A stretch of DNA of 64,000 bases, taken from positions 1 through 64,000 of IMG/VR virus record IMGVR_UViG_3300021255_000108; one strand, given 5' to 3'. Numbering within the stretch: position 1 is the first letter of the stretch; each line of letters begins with the position of its first letter. Under the pieces are notes generated by a model. That model was given only the letters and a program-made list of their open reading frames with translations, was not told where the DNA came from and ran no database searches. The stretch comes from a virus. Lineage: Duplodnaviria; Heunggongvirae; Uroviricota; Caudoviricetes. Position numbers and translations under genes: made by a program. This document shows positions 48,586-59,404 of this stretch, piece after piece.

Positions 48586-51500
48586 ATGTTTTTCAATGGG
48601 CATAATCATACTATGTATAGTAATCTTCGTCTTATTGATTGTATAAATAAACCGAAAGACCTAATTGATCAGGCAATTCAATTAGGTCTTTCTGGTATAG
48701 CAATTACAGATCACGAAGCTTTATGTTGTCATATTGAAGTTAATCAATATGCGAAAAAAATAAAAGAAACAAATCCAGATTTTACAATAGCGCTGGGTAA
48801 TGAAATTTATTTAACAGAAACAAGAGAGCATAATCAAGAATATTATCATTTTATTCTTATCGCAAAAGATGCGTTGGGACATAGAGCATTACGAGAATTA
48901 AGTTCCAAGGCGTGGATTAATAGTTATATTGATAGACGTATGGAACGCACACCAACTTTAAAGAGTGAAGTAGAAGAAGTAATGCGAAATTATAAAGGAC
49001 ATTTAATTGCTACGACAGCTTGTATCGGTGGAGAGTTACCAAAATTAATTTTAAAAAGGCGCATTTTACAACAAGCAAATTTGGATGATCACGATATAAA
49101 TCAAAAGATTCATCAATTTATTAATTGGTGTATAAAAGTATTTGGGAAAGATGATTTTTATCTTGAATGCGCACCGGGATTATCAGAAGAACAACTTTAT
49201 GTAAATAAACAGTTATATTTCTTAGCAAGACAGTATGAATTGTTGATGGTGCCAGCTACAGATAGCCATTATTTAAGAAAAGACTTGCGGTTCGCGCATA
49301 AAGCATATCTTAATTCAAAAGAAGGCGAGCGCGAAGTAGATAAGTTTTATGAATATTGTTATCTTATGGATGAACAAGAAGTACGAGAAAAATTGAGTGC
49401 TTGTTTTAATGATGAAATTATTGGCTGGCTTTTAGAGAATACAGAACTTGAAAGAAAATCGATTGAATTTTATGACTTAACAAAAGCGCAACAAATTCCA
49501 ACTGTTAGTGTGAATCCGCCTGAACCATCAGCTTGGTGGAACAATAATAATTCATATGTTGATGATTTTAATAAAGGTGGTTGTTATGAACTTTTAGGAT
49601 CTTTATTTATGTCTGATGAGCCGCAAGAACGTCAATGGATTAATGACGTTTGGAGTGCGCTGAATGAGAAAATAGGATTTTGGGGAGAACACAAAAATTA
49701 TGTCGCGCGCATCCAGACTGAAGCAGAAGTTATTAAATATATTGGAGAGCGTCTTGGGAATTGCCTTTTCGCTTACTTTAATACTTTTAAACATTATATT
49801 GATTTGTTTTGGGAATGTGGTTCAATTGTCGGTCCTGGTCGTGGAAGCGCTACTGGCTTCCTTAGTAACTATCTTTTGGGAATAACACAATTGGATCCGA
49901 TGAAATGGGATCTTCCTTGGTGGAGATTTTTGAACAAAGAACGTGTCGAGTTGCCTGATATCGATATTGATTTGGCGCCGAGTGTCCGTCCGAAAATCTT
50001 TGAAAAGATTCGTGAAGAACGAGGTCAATTGGGTCTATTACAGGTCGCAACTTTTGGTACAGAAGGTACAAAGTCCGCAATTCAAACTGCTTGTCGTGGA
50101 TATCGTCATCAAAACGATGAAGGCGAAGAAGAATATCCAAATGGTATTGACAATGATATAGCCCAGTATATTAGTTCTTTGGTTCCACAAGAACGTGGTT
50201 TTTTGTGGAGTATTAATGACTGTATTAACGGCAATGAAGAGAAGGGTCGTAAACCAGTAAAAACATTCATTAAAGAAGTAGAACAATACCCTGAGTTATT
50301 GGATATTATTAAAAATATCGAAGGTATTGTTAAAAATAGAAGTATTCACGCTTCTGGTGTAATATTATATGATGAAGAACATGTTTTTGATACAGCGGCT
50401 GTGATGAAAGCGACGTCTGGAGATTTAATCACTTGTTATGACTTACATATGGCAGAAGCCGCCGGTGATACAAAATACGATTTCTTGGTCACTGAAATCT
50501 GTGATAAAATGATACAGTGTTTAAAACTTTTAAAAGAACACGGTAAAGTAGAAGATTTAAGTTTGCGGGAATTATACAATAAATATTTACATCCAGAAAT
50601 TATAGATACAACAGATGAAAAACTTTGGGACGCACTTGCCGCGGGTACAGTTTTGGATGTTTTTCAGTTTAATAGCGGTAGTGGTTTAGCAATAGCAAAA
50701 TCTTTGAAACCAAGAAATCCATTGGAAATGACGGCCGCAAATGCTATGATGCGTTTGATGAATGAGCCCGGAGTAGAAAGTCAACAAGACAGATATTTAA
50801 GAATTAAGAAATCTGGTATTGCTTCTTTTGATAAAGAAATGAAAAATATTGGTTTGCCGCAAACAATGATAGACGCATTACACGAATATTGTGATACATA
50901 TTATGGTTGCGTACCAATCCAAGAGCAGATGATGCAAATCTTGATGGATGAGCGTATTAGTGGTTTTAGTTTGAAAGATGCGAATGATGCTCGTAAAATT
51001 GTAGCTAAAAAACAGATGAACCGTATTCCAGAATTAAGAGATAAATTTTATAAATCCATTTCAGATGTATATGTTGATAACGGTAAAATCGCTGATTATG
51101 TTTGGGATATAGCAGTTAGACCGCAATTAGGATATGCGTTTTCATTAAATCATTCATTGCCTTATTCTTTTGTTGGTATTCAAGCATTGATTCTGGCATT
51201 AAATTGGAATAGTATTTATTGGAATACGGCTTGTTTGATTGTAAATAGTGGCTCTATTGATACTGATAGTGGTGGTCAAACAAAATATGATAAGATCGCA
51301 AAGGCTATTGGTGATATTGTAGATTATGGTATTAAGGTAGTGCCGCCTGATGTAAATTATTCTAATTATGGTTTTGAGCCGAATGAAGATAATAATACAA
51401 TTCTATATGGTTTAAAAGCACTTGTTGATATTGGAGAAGACGTTGTAGCCACAATTATTAAACGTCGTCCATATAATTCATTAGAAGATTTTATGTGGAA

Positions 51501-52491
51501 AACTGGTTTAAAAAAGAAAGCAATGATTTCGTTGATTAAATGCGGCGCACTGGATAGTTTTGGTGAACGCAAAAAAATAATGTATCAATATTTGTGGATG
51601 ACTTGTGATAAAAAGAAACGAATTACTCTTCAAAATATGAACGGATTAATTCAGCGAAAGTTATTGCCAGAAGAATTAAATAAACAGCGTGCGGTATTTG
51701 AATTTAATAGGTATTTAAAAGATAAATGTAAAGATGGAGATTGGTTTGTATTAGATGATAGAGCATTAAATTATATAAATGTAAACTATCCTAATATAAC
51801 TTTAACTTCAATTGATGGATTGCGAGTACATACAAAAGTTTGGGATAATGTGTATCAAAAAGAAATGGATAAAGTGCGCGAATGGATGAAAGAAAATCAA
51901 CAGGAAGCACTGTATCAATTAAATAAATCTATCTTTATTGAAGCGATTGAAAAGTATGCCCAAGGGAATTATTCTTCTTGGGAAATGGAAACAATGTGTT
52001 TCTATTATCACGAGCACGAATTGGCGCACATTAATAAAGAACGATATGGTTTGATAGACTATTATAATCTTCCAGAAGAACCAGTTGTTGATAGCTTCTG
52101 GCATAAGAATGGTAGAGAAATTCCTATATATAAATTATATCGAGTATATGGTACAGTTATTGCGAAAAATAAAGCAAAAGGTGATGTTACTTTATTGGGA
52201 CCGAATGGAGTATTTAATGTTTGGTGTAATAAAGAATTTTTCGCGATGTTTGATAAACAAATTTCTGACCGCCGACCAGATGGTACAAAAAAGATTATTG
52301 AAAAATCTTGGTTCCATAGAGGTACAATGTTAGTATTCACTGGTATGAAACGCGGTGATGAATTTATTCCAAAGAAATATGCGAACACTCCTGGACATTT
52401 AATTTATAGAATAGATGAAATTAATAAAGATGGTTCGTTAATTATGCGCGCCACAAGAGCGCAAGGCGTAGCAGAGGAAGAAGAAGAATAA
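48586..52491 (+). CDS. DNA polymerase III alpha subunit (PolC/DnaE family) with an N-terminal PHP domain
   Basis: 1301 aa; PHP motif HNHTMYSNLRLIDC...ITDHEAL; overall family pattern. Confidence 0.8.
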   Translation: MFFNGHNHTMYSNLRLIDCINKPKDLIDQAIQLGLSGIAITDHEALCCHIEVNQYAKKIKETNPDFTIALGNEIYLTETREHNQEYYHFILIAKDALGHRALRELSSKAWINSYIDRRMERTPTLKSEVEEVMRNYKGHLIATTACIGGELPKLILKRRILQQANLDDHDINQKIHQFINWCIKVFGKDDFYLECAPGLSEEQLYVNKQLYFLARQYELLMVPATDSHYLRKDLRFAHKAYLNSKEGEREVDKFYEYCYLMDEQEVREKLSACFNDEIIGWLLENTELERKSIEFYDLTKAQQIPTVSVNPPEPSAWWNNNNSYVDDFNKGGCYELLGSLFMSDEPQERQWINDVWSALNEKIGFWGEHKNYVARIQTEAEVIKYIGERLGNCLFAYFNTFKHYIDLFWECGSIVGPGRGSATGFLSNYLLGITQLDPMKWDLPWWRFLNKERVELPDIDIDLAPSVRPKIFEKIREERGQLGLLQVATFGTEGTKSAIQTACRGYRHQNDEGEEEYPNGIDNDIAQYISSLVPQERGFLWSINDCINGNEEKGRKPVKTFIKEVEQYPELLDIIKNIEGIVKNRSIHASGVILYDEEHVFDTAAVMKATSGDLITCYDLHMAEAAGDTKYDFLVTEICDKMIQCLKLLKEHGKVEDLSLRELYNKYLHPEIIDTTDEKLWDALAAGTVLDVFQFNSGSGLAIAKSLKPRNPLEMTAANAMMRLMNEPGVESQQDRYLRIKKSGIASFDKEMKNIGLPQTMIDALHEYCDTYYGCVPIQEQMMQILMDERISGFSLKDANDARKIVAKKQMNRIPELRDKFYKSISDVYVDNGKIADYVWDIAVRPQLGYAFSLNHSLPYSFVGIQALILALNWNSIYWNTACLIVNSGSIDTDSGGQTKYDKIAKAIGDIVDYGIKVVPPDVNYSNYGFEPNEDNNTILYGLKALVDIGEDVVATIIKRRPYNSLEDFMWKTGLKKKAMISLIKCGALDSFGERKKIMYQYLWMTCDKKKRITLQNMNGLIQRKLLPEELNKQRAVFEFNRYLKDKCKDGDWFVLDDRALNYINVNYPNITLTSIDGLRVHTKVWDNVYQKEMDKVREWMKENQQEALYQLNKSIFIEAIEKYAQGNYSSWEMETMCFYYHEHELAHINKERYGLIDYYNLPEEPVVDSFWHKNGREIPIYKLYRVYGTVIAKNKAKGDVTLLGPNGVFNVWCNKEFFAMFDKQISDRRPDGTKKIIEKSWFHRGTMLVFTGMKRGDEFIPKKYANTPGHLIYRIDEINKDGSLIMRATRAQGVAEEEEE

Positions 52492-52502
52492 GGAGAATTA
52501 TA

Positions 52503-53099
52503 TTGGATAAGATTATTGTTGCCATTTGCGGCAAAAGTGGGTCTGGAAAAGACACCATATTAAAAAATTTAATTAGTATGAATCCAGAGTGGTACCCAAT
52601 TGTATCGTGTACCACTCGCCCAAAAAGGGATAATGAAATAGATGGTGAAGATTACCATTTCTTATCTAACGAAGAATTTGCTGAGAAAGTTTTAAATGGT
52701 GATATGCTGGAAGCTACTTTCTTTAATAATTGGCATTATGGTACGATGGCTTCTAGTTTACATACAGGAATTAATGTAGGAGTATTTAATCCAGATGGAT
52801 TCAGTGCACTAACTGAGGCTCCGCCAAAAGATACATTAATAGTCGGGTTCTATATCGTTTGTCCAGACCGTATTCGGTTAATGCGAGTTCTTGCGCGAGA
52901 AGAAAATCCTGATATTCAAGAAATCTTTAGACGGTATGGTACAGACGAAGAAGATTTTATAGACTTTGAAACTAATAGTTATATTAAACCTGGGAATATC
53001 CTATCAAATTCTTGTAGAGAAGAACTATCACAAAATCTGGTATATATTACTAATAATATCAACCAGATATGGACAGATTTGGATAAATTGCCTCAATAA
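52503..53099 (+). CDS. guanylate-kinase-like (d)NMP kinase
   Basis: P-loop CGKSGSGKDT; TTRPKRDNEIDGEDYHF motif; TTG start after RBS aaggagaa. Confidence 0.55.
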   Translation: MDKIIVAICGKSGSGKDTILKNLISMNPEWYPIVSCTTRPKRDNEIDGEDYHFLSNEEFAEKVLNGDMLEATFFNNWHYGTMASSLHTGINVGVFNPDGFSALTEAPPKDTLIVGFYIVCPDRIRLMRVLAREENPDIQEIFRRYGTDEEDFIDFETNSYIKPGNILSNSCREELSQNLVYITNNINQIWTDLDKLPQ

Positions 53100-53141
53100 A
53101 TATGCATATAAAATATATCACGATTTAGGGGGTAAAATACA

Positions 53142-55385
53142 TTGGTAACTAAAAGAGATGGTAGCAAAGTACCATTTGATAAAAATAAAATTGTTGTTGC
53201 TATTGAAAAGGCGTATTGGGGAGAACGATATCCTTCTAATCTCCCTGATCCGCCATTTATACAACAGATAGCAGATTATATTGCGGACGAATATGAGGCA
53301 TATGAACTGACAATTGATGACATCCAAGAATTGGTAGAAAATCAATTAATGAAACATGAGCCAAATACCGCAAGAGAATATATAAGATATCGTTATAAAA
53401 GAGATTCTATAAGACGATATAAGGACGCATTCTTACGCAGTTTAAAATCTAAAATTGAAGCAACAGATGTACAAAACCAAAACGCTAATGTAGATGAGCA
53501 TTCTTTTGGCGGGCGTCGGGGTGAAACAGATAGTGAAGTAATGCGGCAATACGCTCTTAACTATTGTATGAGCAAAAAAGCAAGAGATAATCATTTAAAT
53601 AACCGTATTTATATTCACGATCTAGATAGTTATGCTGTTGGGATGCACAATTGCCTTACAGTACCTTTTGATGATTTACTTGCTAACGGATTTAATACGC
53701 GTCAGACTGATGTAAGACCTGCGCGCAGTATTAATACCGCATTCCAACTTATTGCCGTTATTTTCCAACTTCAAAGTTTACAGCAATTTGGTGGCGTTAG
53801 CGCAAGTCATTTAGACTGGACTATGGTGCCTTATGTGCGGCAAAGCTTTAGAAAACATTTTCAAGATGGTATGCATTTTATCGAAAAATTAACATACGAT
53901 CAAGCGATTGGTGATGCTGTTATTGATACTTGGAAACCAAGTGCGGCAGAAATGTCAATAGATGATCCAGCATATAAAATGTTTAATTCAGCTTATGAAT
54001 ATGCATTAACAATGACTGAACGAGAATTAAATCAAGCAGTAGAAGGAATGTATCATAATCTTAATACTCTTCAATCTCGTAGTGGTAATCAATTACCTTT
54101 TACTTCAATCAATTATGGAACTTGTACTTTGCCAGAAGGAAGAATGGTAATTAAAGCATTGCTAGAAGGATCTATTAAAGGCGTTGGCAAACTACATAAA
54201 ACACCAATTTTTCCGTGCGGCATTTTCCAATGTATGAAAGGAGTTAATCGTGAACCTGGAGATCCCAATTACGATCTTTATAGACTCGCTTTAGAATCAA
54301 CTGCCAAAAGACTTTATCCTAACTATGCCAATGTAGATTGGACAGGAAATGCGGGATACGACATTAACGATCCACGCACCTATTTCAGTACAATGGGATG
54401 CCGAACGGCAAATGGTTTTGATATCAATGGCTTCGGTCAATTAAAAGATGGGCGCGGAAATATCTGCCCAGTAACAATTATTTTGCCAACATTAGCAATG
54501 GAGGCAAAGGAGCAATTTAAAGATCAAACAGATTATACTCCTGCTGATGTATTTGATGTGTTTTATAATATTCTTGATGAAGCAATTTACGACGCAAGAG
54601 AAGAATTAATCGAGCGTTTTAATTGGATATGTGACCAAGATCCAGCCAGTGCTAAATTTATGTATGAAAATAATACAATGGCAGGATACATCCCAGAAGA
54701 AGGTATTAGATCCGCGCTAAAGCACGGCACTTTAACAATTGGTCAAATCGGTATTGCGGAAACTCTTGAAATTATCTTTGGGTATAATCATAGAACAAAA
54801 GATGGTATGTATTATGCTAAACAGATTGAAGAATTGTTTAGTAAACGTTGTAAAGAATTTAAACAAGCTGATAAACTAAATTTTGGCGTTTATTATTCTC
54901 CTGCCGAAAATCTTTGCTATACAGCAATGAAGAAATTTAAAGAAAAATATGGTGAAATTAAGCACGTATCTGACCACGAATATTTTACCAATAGTATGCA
55001 TATCCCAGTATGGGAGAATGTTGGAGTGCTTGAAAAGATTAAATTAGAGAGTGAATTAACTGGCTATAGTAGCGCTGGTTGTATTACTTATGTAGAATTG
55101 GATACCAGTATAAAGAATAATCTTTCTGCTCTTGAACAAATCGTAAATTATGCTATGGATAATGATATTCCATATTTAGCAATTAATGTACCAAATGATA
55201 CTTGCTTAGATTGCGGCTATACAGGCGAATTTAATAATAAATGTCCAGCTTGCGGCAGCACGCACATACAGCAGTTGCGGCGTGTAACAGGTTATTTAAC
55301 AGGAGATTATCGTTCAGCTTTTAATTACGGCAAACAAAAAGAAACAGAAGCCCGCATTAAACACGTAAATAGGATGGAGGAATGA
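53142..55385 (+). CDS. nrdD: anaerobic ribonucleoside-triphosphate reductase, class III
   Basis: glycyl-radical motif RRVTGYL near the C-terminus; CxxC...CxxC zinc site; 747 aa. Confidence 0.85.
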   Translation: MVTKRDGSKVPFDKNKIVVAIEKAYWGERYPSNLPDPPFIQQIADYIADEYEAYELTIDDIQELVENQLMKHEPNTAREYIRYRYKRDSIRRYKDAFLRSLKSKIEATDVQNQNANVDEHSFGGRRGETDSEVMRQYALNYCMSKKARDNHLNNRIYIHDLDSYAVGMHNCLTVPFDDLLANGFNTRQTDVRPARSINTAFQLIAVIFQLQSLQQFGGVSASHLDWTMVPYVRQSFRKHFQDGMHFIEKLTYDQAIGDAVIDTWKPSAAEMSIDDPAYKMFNSAYEYALTMTERELNQAVEGMYHNLNTLQSRSGNQLPFTSINYGTCTLPEGRMVIKALLEGSIKGVGKLHKTPIFPCGIFQCMKGVNREPGDPNYDLYRLALESTAKRLYPNYANVDWTGNAGYDINDPRTYFSTMGCRTANGFDINGFGQLKDGRGNICPVTIILPTLAMEAKEQFKDQTDYTPADVFDVFYNILDEAIYDAREELIERFNWICDQDPASAKFMYENNTMAGYIPEEGIRSALKHGTLTIGQIGIAETLEIIFGYNHRTKDGMYYAKQIEELFSKRCKEFKQADKLNFGVYYSPAENLCYTAMKKFKEKYGEIKHVSDHEYFTNSMHIPVWENVGVLEKIKLESELTGYSSAGCITYVELDTSIKNNLSALEQIVNYAMDNDIPYLAINVPNDTCLDCGYTGEFNNKCPACGSTHIQQLRRVTGYLTGDYRSAFNYGKQKETEARIKHVNRMEE

Positions 55386-55922
55386 CTTACGCGATACGCA
55401 GGAATTATTTATGATGACACTGCGGCAGGCCCCGGTTTATGCCTATCATTCTATGTGCAAGGATGTAATATACATTGTGAAGGCTGTCATAATAAGCATA
55501 CTTGGGATTTTGAGGGTGGACACGAGTTCACCCCTCAAGTCCTTGATAATATAGTTAATGGATTAACCGCGCAAGGAGTAACAAGAAATTTATGTATACT
55601 TGGCGGGGAACCCCTTGATCCTCAAAATCAATTACTAACAGCACTTGTTGTTAGCACTGTGCGAGAAAAAGTACCAGCCGCGAACATTTGGGTATGGACT
55701 GGTTTTTCAATGGAGCATTTGCTTAAAAACCGCAGTTCGCATATGTCCACTATTTTAAAACAAATTGATGGTTTAGTTACAGAACCTTTTATCTTAGCGC
55801 AACGAGATATTACATTGCCAATGCGTGGTTCGCGCAATCAAAAAATTATGATATTTGACCGTAAAAATAATTTATGGTATAATTTATATAATAAAGATGA
55901 GAGGTATGAATTAAATGGCTGA
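55386..55922 (+). CDS. nrdG: anaerobic RNR activating enzyme (radical SAM)
   Basis: GIIYDDTAAGPGLCLSFYVQGCNIHCEGCHN (CxxxCxxC); the conserved N-terminus lies upstream of the GTG 55455 track start, in frame directly after the nrdD TGA, with no canonical start codon. Confidence 0.65.
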   Translation, partial: LTRYAGIIYDDTAAGPGLCLSFYVQGCNIHCEGCHNKHTWDFEGGHEFTPQVLDNIVNGLTAQGVTRNLCILGGEPLDPQNQLLTALVVSTVREKVPAANIWVWTGFSMEHLLKNRSSHMSTILKQIDGLVTEPFILAQRDITLPMRGSRNQKIMIFDRKNNLWYNLYNKDERYELNG

Positions 55923-56385
55923 ACCAATTTTTATGGAACAAAATGAATATGAAGAATATCTTAAACAATAGGAAGAACAAAAAAATTCTTCAATTGGTTC
56001 CACAACACTATACGACTTAAATAAGGCGGCAGTGCGTTCTTTAAAGAAAATGAACAATATGGAAATCAATCGGGCACTTGAAAAAGTAAAGGATTGGTAT
56101 AAAACTTTAATAGATGAAGATGGCGTGCCTCCGCAATACTTTATGTTTTTAGAAAGAGAACATAACTATTACACTTTATTTGTAGATACTAAAAACAATT
56201 TAAATTCATTAGACAGCCTAATTCGTGAATTTAAAGATTTGCTTATGAATTGGTATGCAGATAAAGATGTGCGCGCAATTGATTATGATAATTCATCTGG
56301 CGCAATTGAAGTATGGGCTATGTGGGATGGAGAACCAACTGTTGGTTATTTATTCCCTTATGATAAAGGAGTTATTGAATACTAA
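55915..56385 (+). CDS. hypothetical protein read through TAG 55969 (about 156 aa)
   Basis: ATG 55915 in frame with track ORF 56032..56385; the context reads LKQ-TAG-EEQK. Confidence 0.4.
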
Positions 56386-56652
56386 TGTACGAAGGATATT
56401 ACCGTATGGGTATAGTTAATCCCAGCACTTTTACCGTTATTAATATGGAAGCACAAGAATAGAATACAATAGAACTAAGTGGTTCTTATGTTGAACAAAT
56501 GCAACAAATAGGAAAAATAGTACACGATAAAAATATCACAAAAGTGTATGTATCTAATAAAGTTGCTATTTCTCTAAAGCGCGTTTTAAATGAATATTTA
56601 AATACTCAATATCAATATCAACCAGTAGAATTTATTTACAGAAAGGCATAAT
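56385..56652 (+). CDS. hypothetical protein with one in-frame TAG (about 88 aa)
   Basis: ATG 56385 to TAA 56650; TAG after EAQE. Confidence 0.3.
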
Positions 56653-56655
56653 CGA

Positions 56656-56892
56656 ATGAATAATTATTATCTTCTTAATGTTGTAGAAACTTATCGTGTT
56701 GACACAGTTGATGAAGCATTAGCAATGCAGGAAGCTTTTGATAACAGTACAGATTATGAGCTTGTTTCTTTTTCGTATACTACAAAAATAAATAAGAAAA
56801 CCGATGAAGAATATCAGGTTGTTAAAGCTAAAAAGGTCTTCCAGACAGAGAAAGAAATTTCAGTCCCAATTACAGTGGAGTATAACAGATGA
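56656..56892 (+). CDS. hypothetical protein (78 aa)
   Basis: ORF from track. Confidence 0.35.
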   Translation: MNNYYLLNVVETYRVDTVDEALAMQEAFDNSTDYELVSFSYTTKINKKTDEEYQVVKAKKVFQTEKEISVPITVEYNR

Positions 56893-57446
56893 ATATAGCA
56901 AAAACAAATATTTTAACAGACTTTTATTTTGAAAAAGTCAGTGAATATCCAGATGCGATTTTACCAACAAGAGGAACAAAAGATAGCGCTGGATATGATT
57001 TTTATTGCGCAAAGGACATTGTGATTCCAAACTATAGTCATATGATGAGCGCAATAACTGCTGATACTGTTTTTGGTGGCCCTCTACATTGGCAGAGTGT
57101 TGAAGCACTTGTAAGGAGTAGAGACGTAAAAACTCCTCTAATCCCAACTGGGGTTAAGTGTCATTTGCCGCAAGGATATTATTTACAACTGTCTTTGCGC
57201 AGTTCTACTCCAAATAAACATTGGCTGATTATTGCTAATCCACCTGGAATTGTTGACGCAGATTATTATAACAATCCAGATAATGAAGGACATATTTACT
57301 TTCAGGTAATTAACCTTCTACCATTTGATGTAAAAATGCCAGCCAGGACCAAATTTGGTCAAGGTATCGTCCTACCTTATGTCATCGCAGCAGATGACAA
57401 AGCAGAGAATACTCGTTTAGGAGGATTCGGTTCTACCGGAGCCTAA
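56889..57446 (+). CDS. dCTP deaminase / dUTPase superfamily protein
   Basis: PPGIVDADYYN motif typical of dCD/Dut enzymes. Confidence 0.6.
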   Translation: MNIAKTNILTDFYFEKVSEYPDAILPTRGTKDSAGYDFYCAKDIVIPNYSHMMSAITADTVFGGPLHWQSVEALVRSRDVKTPLIPTGVKCHLPQGYYLQLSLRSSTPNKHWLIIANPPGIVDADYYNNPDNEGHIYFQVINLLPFDVKMPARTKFGQGIVLPYVIAADDKAENTRLGGFGSTGA

Positions 57447-57905
57447 TGTTATTAGCATTAGATTAGGCAACCTCAACTACTGGATATTCTATTTGGGACA
57501 ATGATAAGTTAATTAAATTCGGTCATTTCACTTTTACAGATGAAGAAATACCGCATAGATTCCATAAACTATGTAAGGAAATTACAGTCTTGTGTCAGTT
57601 GTATAGAATAGATACAGTGGTAATTGAAGACATATAGATGCAAGCAGGCAATGTAGCAACTTTTTAGAAACTTGCGCAAGTCCAAGGAGCAATATTAGAA
57701 ACGGTTTTGAGTTTAAAATTAAACTATATGATTATTAAACCCAGCGAATGGCGAGCAGAGTGCCATTTCCTCAAAGGGCAGGATAAACATAGAGAAAGCC
57801 AGAAAAAAATTGCTTAGACTTGGGCTCAACAATAGTATCAAATTAGATGCACTTAGGACGAGGCTGATGCTATATGTATAGGTTACGCGACAATAAAACA
57901 AACAA
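57447..57905 (+). CDS. RuvC-like Holliday-junction resolvase read through about 6 TAGs
   Basis: one frame from ATG 57447 to TGA 57903; N-terminal MLLALD-TAG-ATSTTGYSIW and C-terminal DEADAICIGY fit the RuvC/YqgF-like pattern. Confidence 0.45.
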
Positions 57906-57933
57906 ATAATCAATTAAATTGGGAGTGATATTT

Positions 57934-58335
57934 ATGGACTGGAGTGCTTTTATTACAGAGCTATTTACGCTTGTTTTAATTCCTCTGCTTGGTGTGCTAG
58001 TAAAATATCTTGTAAGTTATATTAGCATCAAGAGTGATGAAATTCAAGCTAATAATAAAAATGTAGAATATAATAAATATATTGAAATGCTTGAAAATAC
58101 CATTACATCTGCGGTAATCGCAACAAATCAAACTTATGTTGATACCCTAAAGGCACAGGGTAAATTTGATAAGGCTGCGCAAGAAGAGGCGCTAAAGAAG
58201 ACCTATGGCGCTGTTATGGCTATTCTAACAAATGACGCAAAGAATTATCTTAATGAAATGATTGGCGATCTTCAGTTATATATTATGAATGGTATTGAAG
58301 AACGCGTAAGAGAAAATAAAACACAAAATGGATAA
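57934..58335 (+). CDS. membrane protein (1 TM) with a coiled-coil tail
   Basis: hydrophobic N-terminus ITELFTLVLIPLLGVLV; last + strand gene before the convergent terminator. Confidence 0.4.
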   Translation: MDWSAFITELFTLVLIPLLGVLVKYLVSYISIKSDEIQANNKNVEYNKYIEMLENTITSAVIATNQTYVDTLKAQGKFDKAAQEEALKKTYGAVMAILTNDAKNYLNEMIGDLQLYIMNGIEERVRENKTQNG

Positions 58336-58337
58336 AA

Positions 58338-58386
58338 AAAAATAAGGGCGGAAGTCAATTACGACTTCCGCCCTTTTATTTTTTTA
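58338..58386. terminator. bidirectional rho-independent terminator (A8, gggcggaagtc-aatt-acgacttccgccc, T-run)
   Basis: 11-bp GC-rich hairpin flanked by A-run and T-run, between convergent + and - gene blocks. Confidence 0.8.
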
Positions 58387-59031
58387 ATAATTTACAATAG
58401 GAATTGCGGCAATGGCTTCTTTAACCCACTCTAAGTCATCGCCACCCATATCCTTATACATTTTCCAACGTTTTTCAAAGTCCCTTTTCTCTTTGGTCGT
58501 CATACCATCTTTACGTTGATAATCTAAACAACTGCGCTCCAAGTCACTTTGTTGAACGCTTAATACACCTTTTGTAATACTATCCAAATTGGACTAAATA
58601 GATTGCTGAAATTTTTCTAATCTATTGCCCATGTCGCTACAATTATGAGTTTGAGTTTTTTGTATTAAATCTAATTTATCACTCATATCTGTAAAAGCAA
58701 TAGACACTCGTTCTTGAAAATCCGTATCTGCTTCTTTATTACTTTCCATTCTCTGTTCTAAATCAAGAATGGCACCGCTTAATCTATTTTCAACAGCAGC
58801 AGTACTATCAGCGCTAATTTTCTTAGCTAATTGTAGTTCTTTTGTCCATCGCTGTTCATACTTTGCCGCGTGCTGGTCGAATTTTTCCTCTTCTAATTTC
58901 TCCGCGCCTTTCTTATAACGACTTACGAACCAGTTCTTTATTTGGTCACGGAAGCATAATAGTAAAGGCAGTACTATATACGCTGGCCAGAAGTTTTTTA
59001 AAACTTCGGCAATCTAATTCCATATTTCCAT
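58384..59031 (-). CDS. membrane protein (N-terminal TM plus coiled coil), lysis-cassette-associated, read through 2 TAGs (about 215 aa)
   Basis: ATG at 59031 after RBS ggaggagga; TM AEVLKNFWPAYIVLPLLLCF; in frame with track ORF 58384..58587. Confidence 0.45.
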
Positions 59032-59049
59032 CAACGTGCTCCTCCTCCA

Positions 59050-59367
59050 TTACCCAATAGAATCATCATCTTCTGTCGCCCTAAAGGCGCTCTGTATTTT
59101 TTGATAATTCTCTACACCAGCTTTAGCAGTATAGCCCAACCGTAATGAAACATAAGCCGTTGTTACATACATAAATATGTTCTATATATAAGTACCAAGC
59201 ATTGGTTCTTTAAATAATAAAAACAAAAGGACTAAACTTATTGCGATCCAGCTTACTATATCAAAGTAAGCTAATTTTTTACTAAACTCAATTGGCTACT
59301 GTTGCTGAGTTGAGGAGTTTGGCTAAGGCGTTCGCTTCGGCTTGGTTGCTACATTTAATTCTGACAT
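59050..59367 (-). CDS. small membrane protein (holin-like, 105 aa) read through 3 TAGs
   Basis: ATG at 59367 after RBS aaggaggag; TM WIAISLVLLFLLF; not in the track because of the TAGs. Confidence 0.4.
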
Positions 59368-59404
59368 ACCAGTCTCCTCCTTCTTTTGTTGTTTCTTCGT
59401 TTTT

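Noticed and set aside
55382-55415. prfB-style +1 programmed frameshift to express nrdG from the overlapping ATG 55382 (ATGA)
   Set aside because: The frame-2 mini-ORF ends UUA-UGA; slippage of tRNA-Leu from UUA to UAU is not a plausible shifty site, so a non-canonical start or read-through is more likely.
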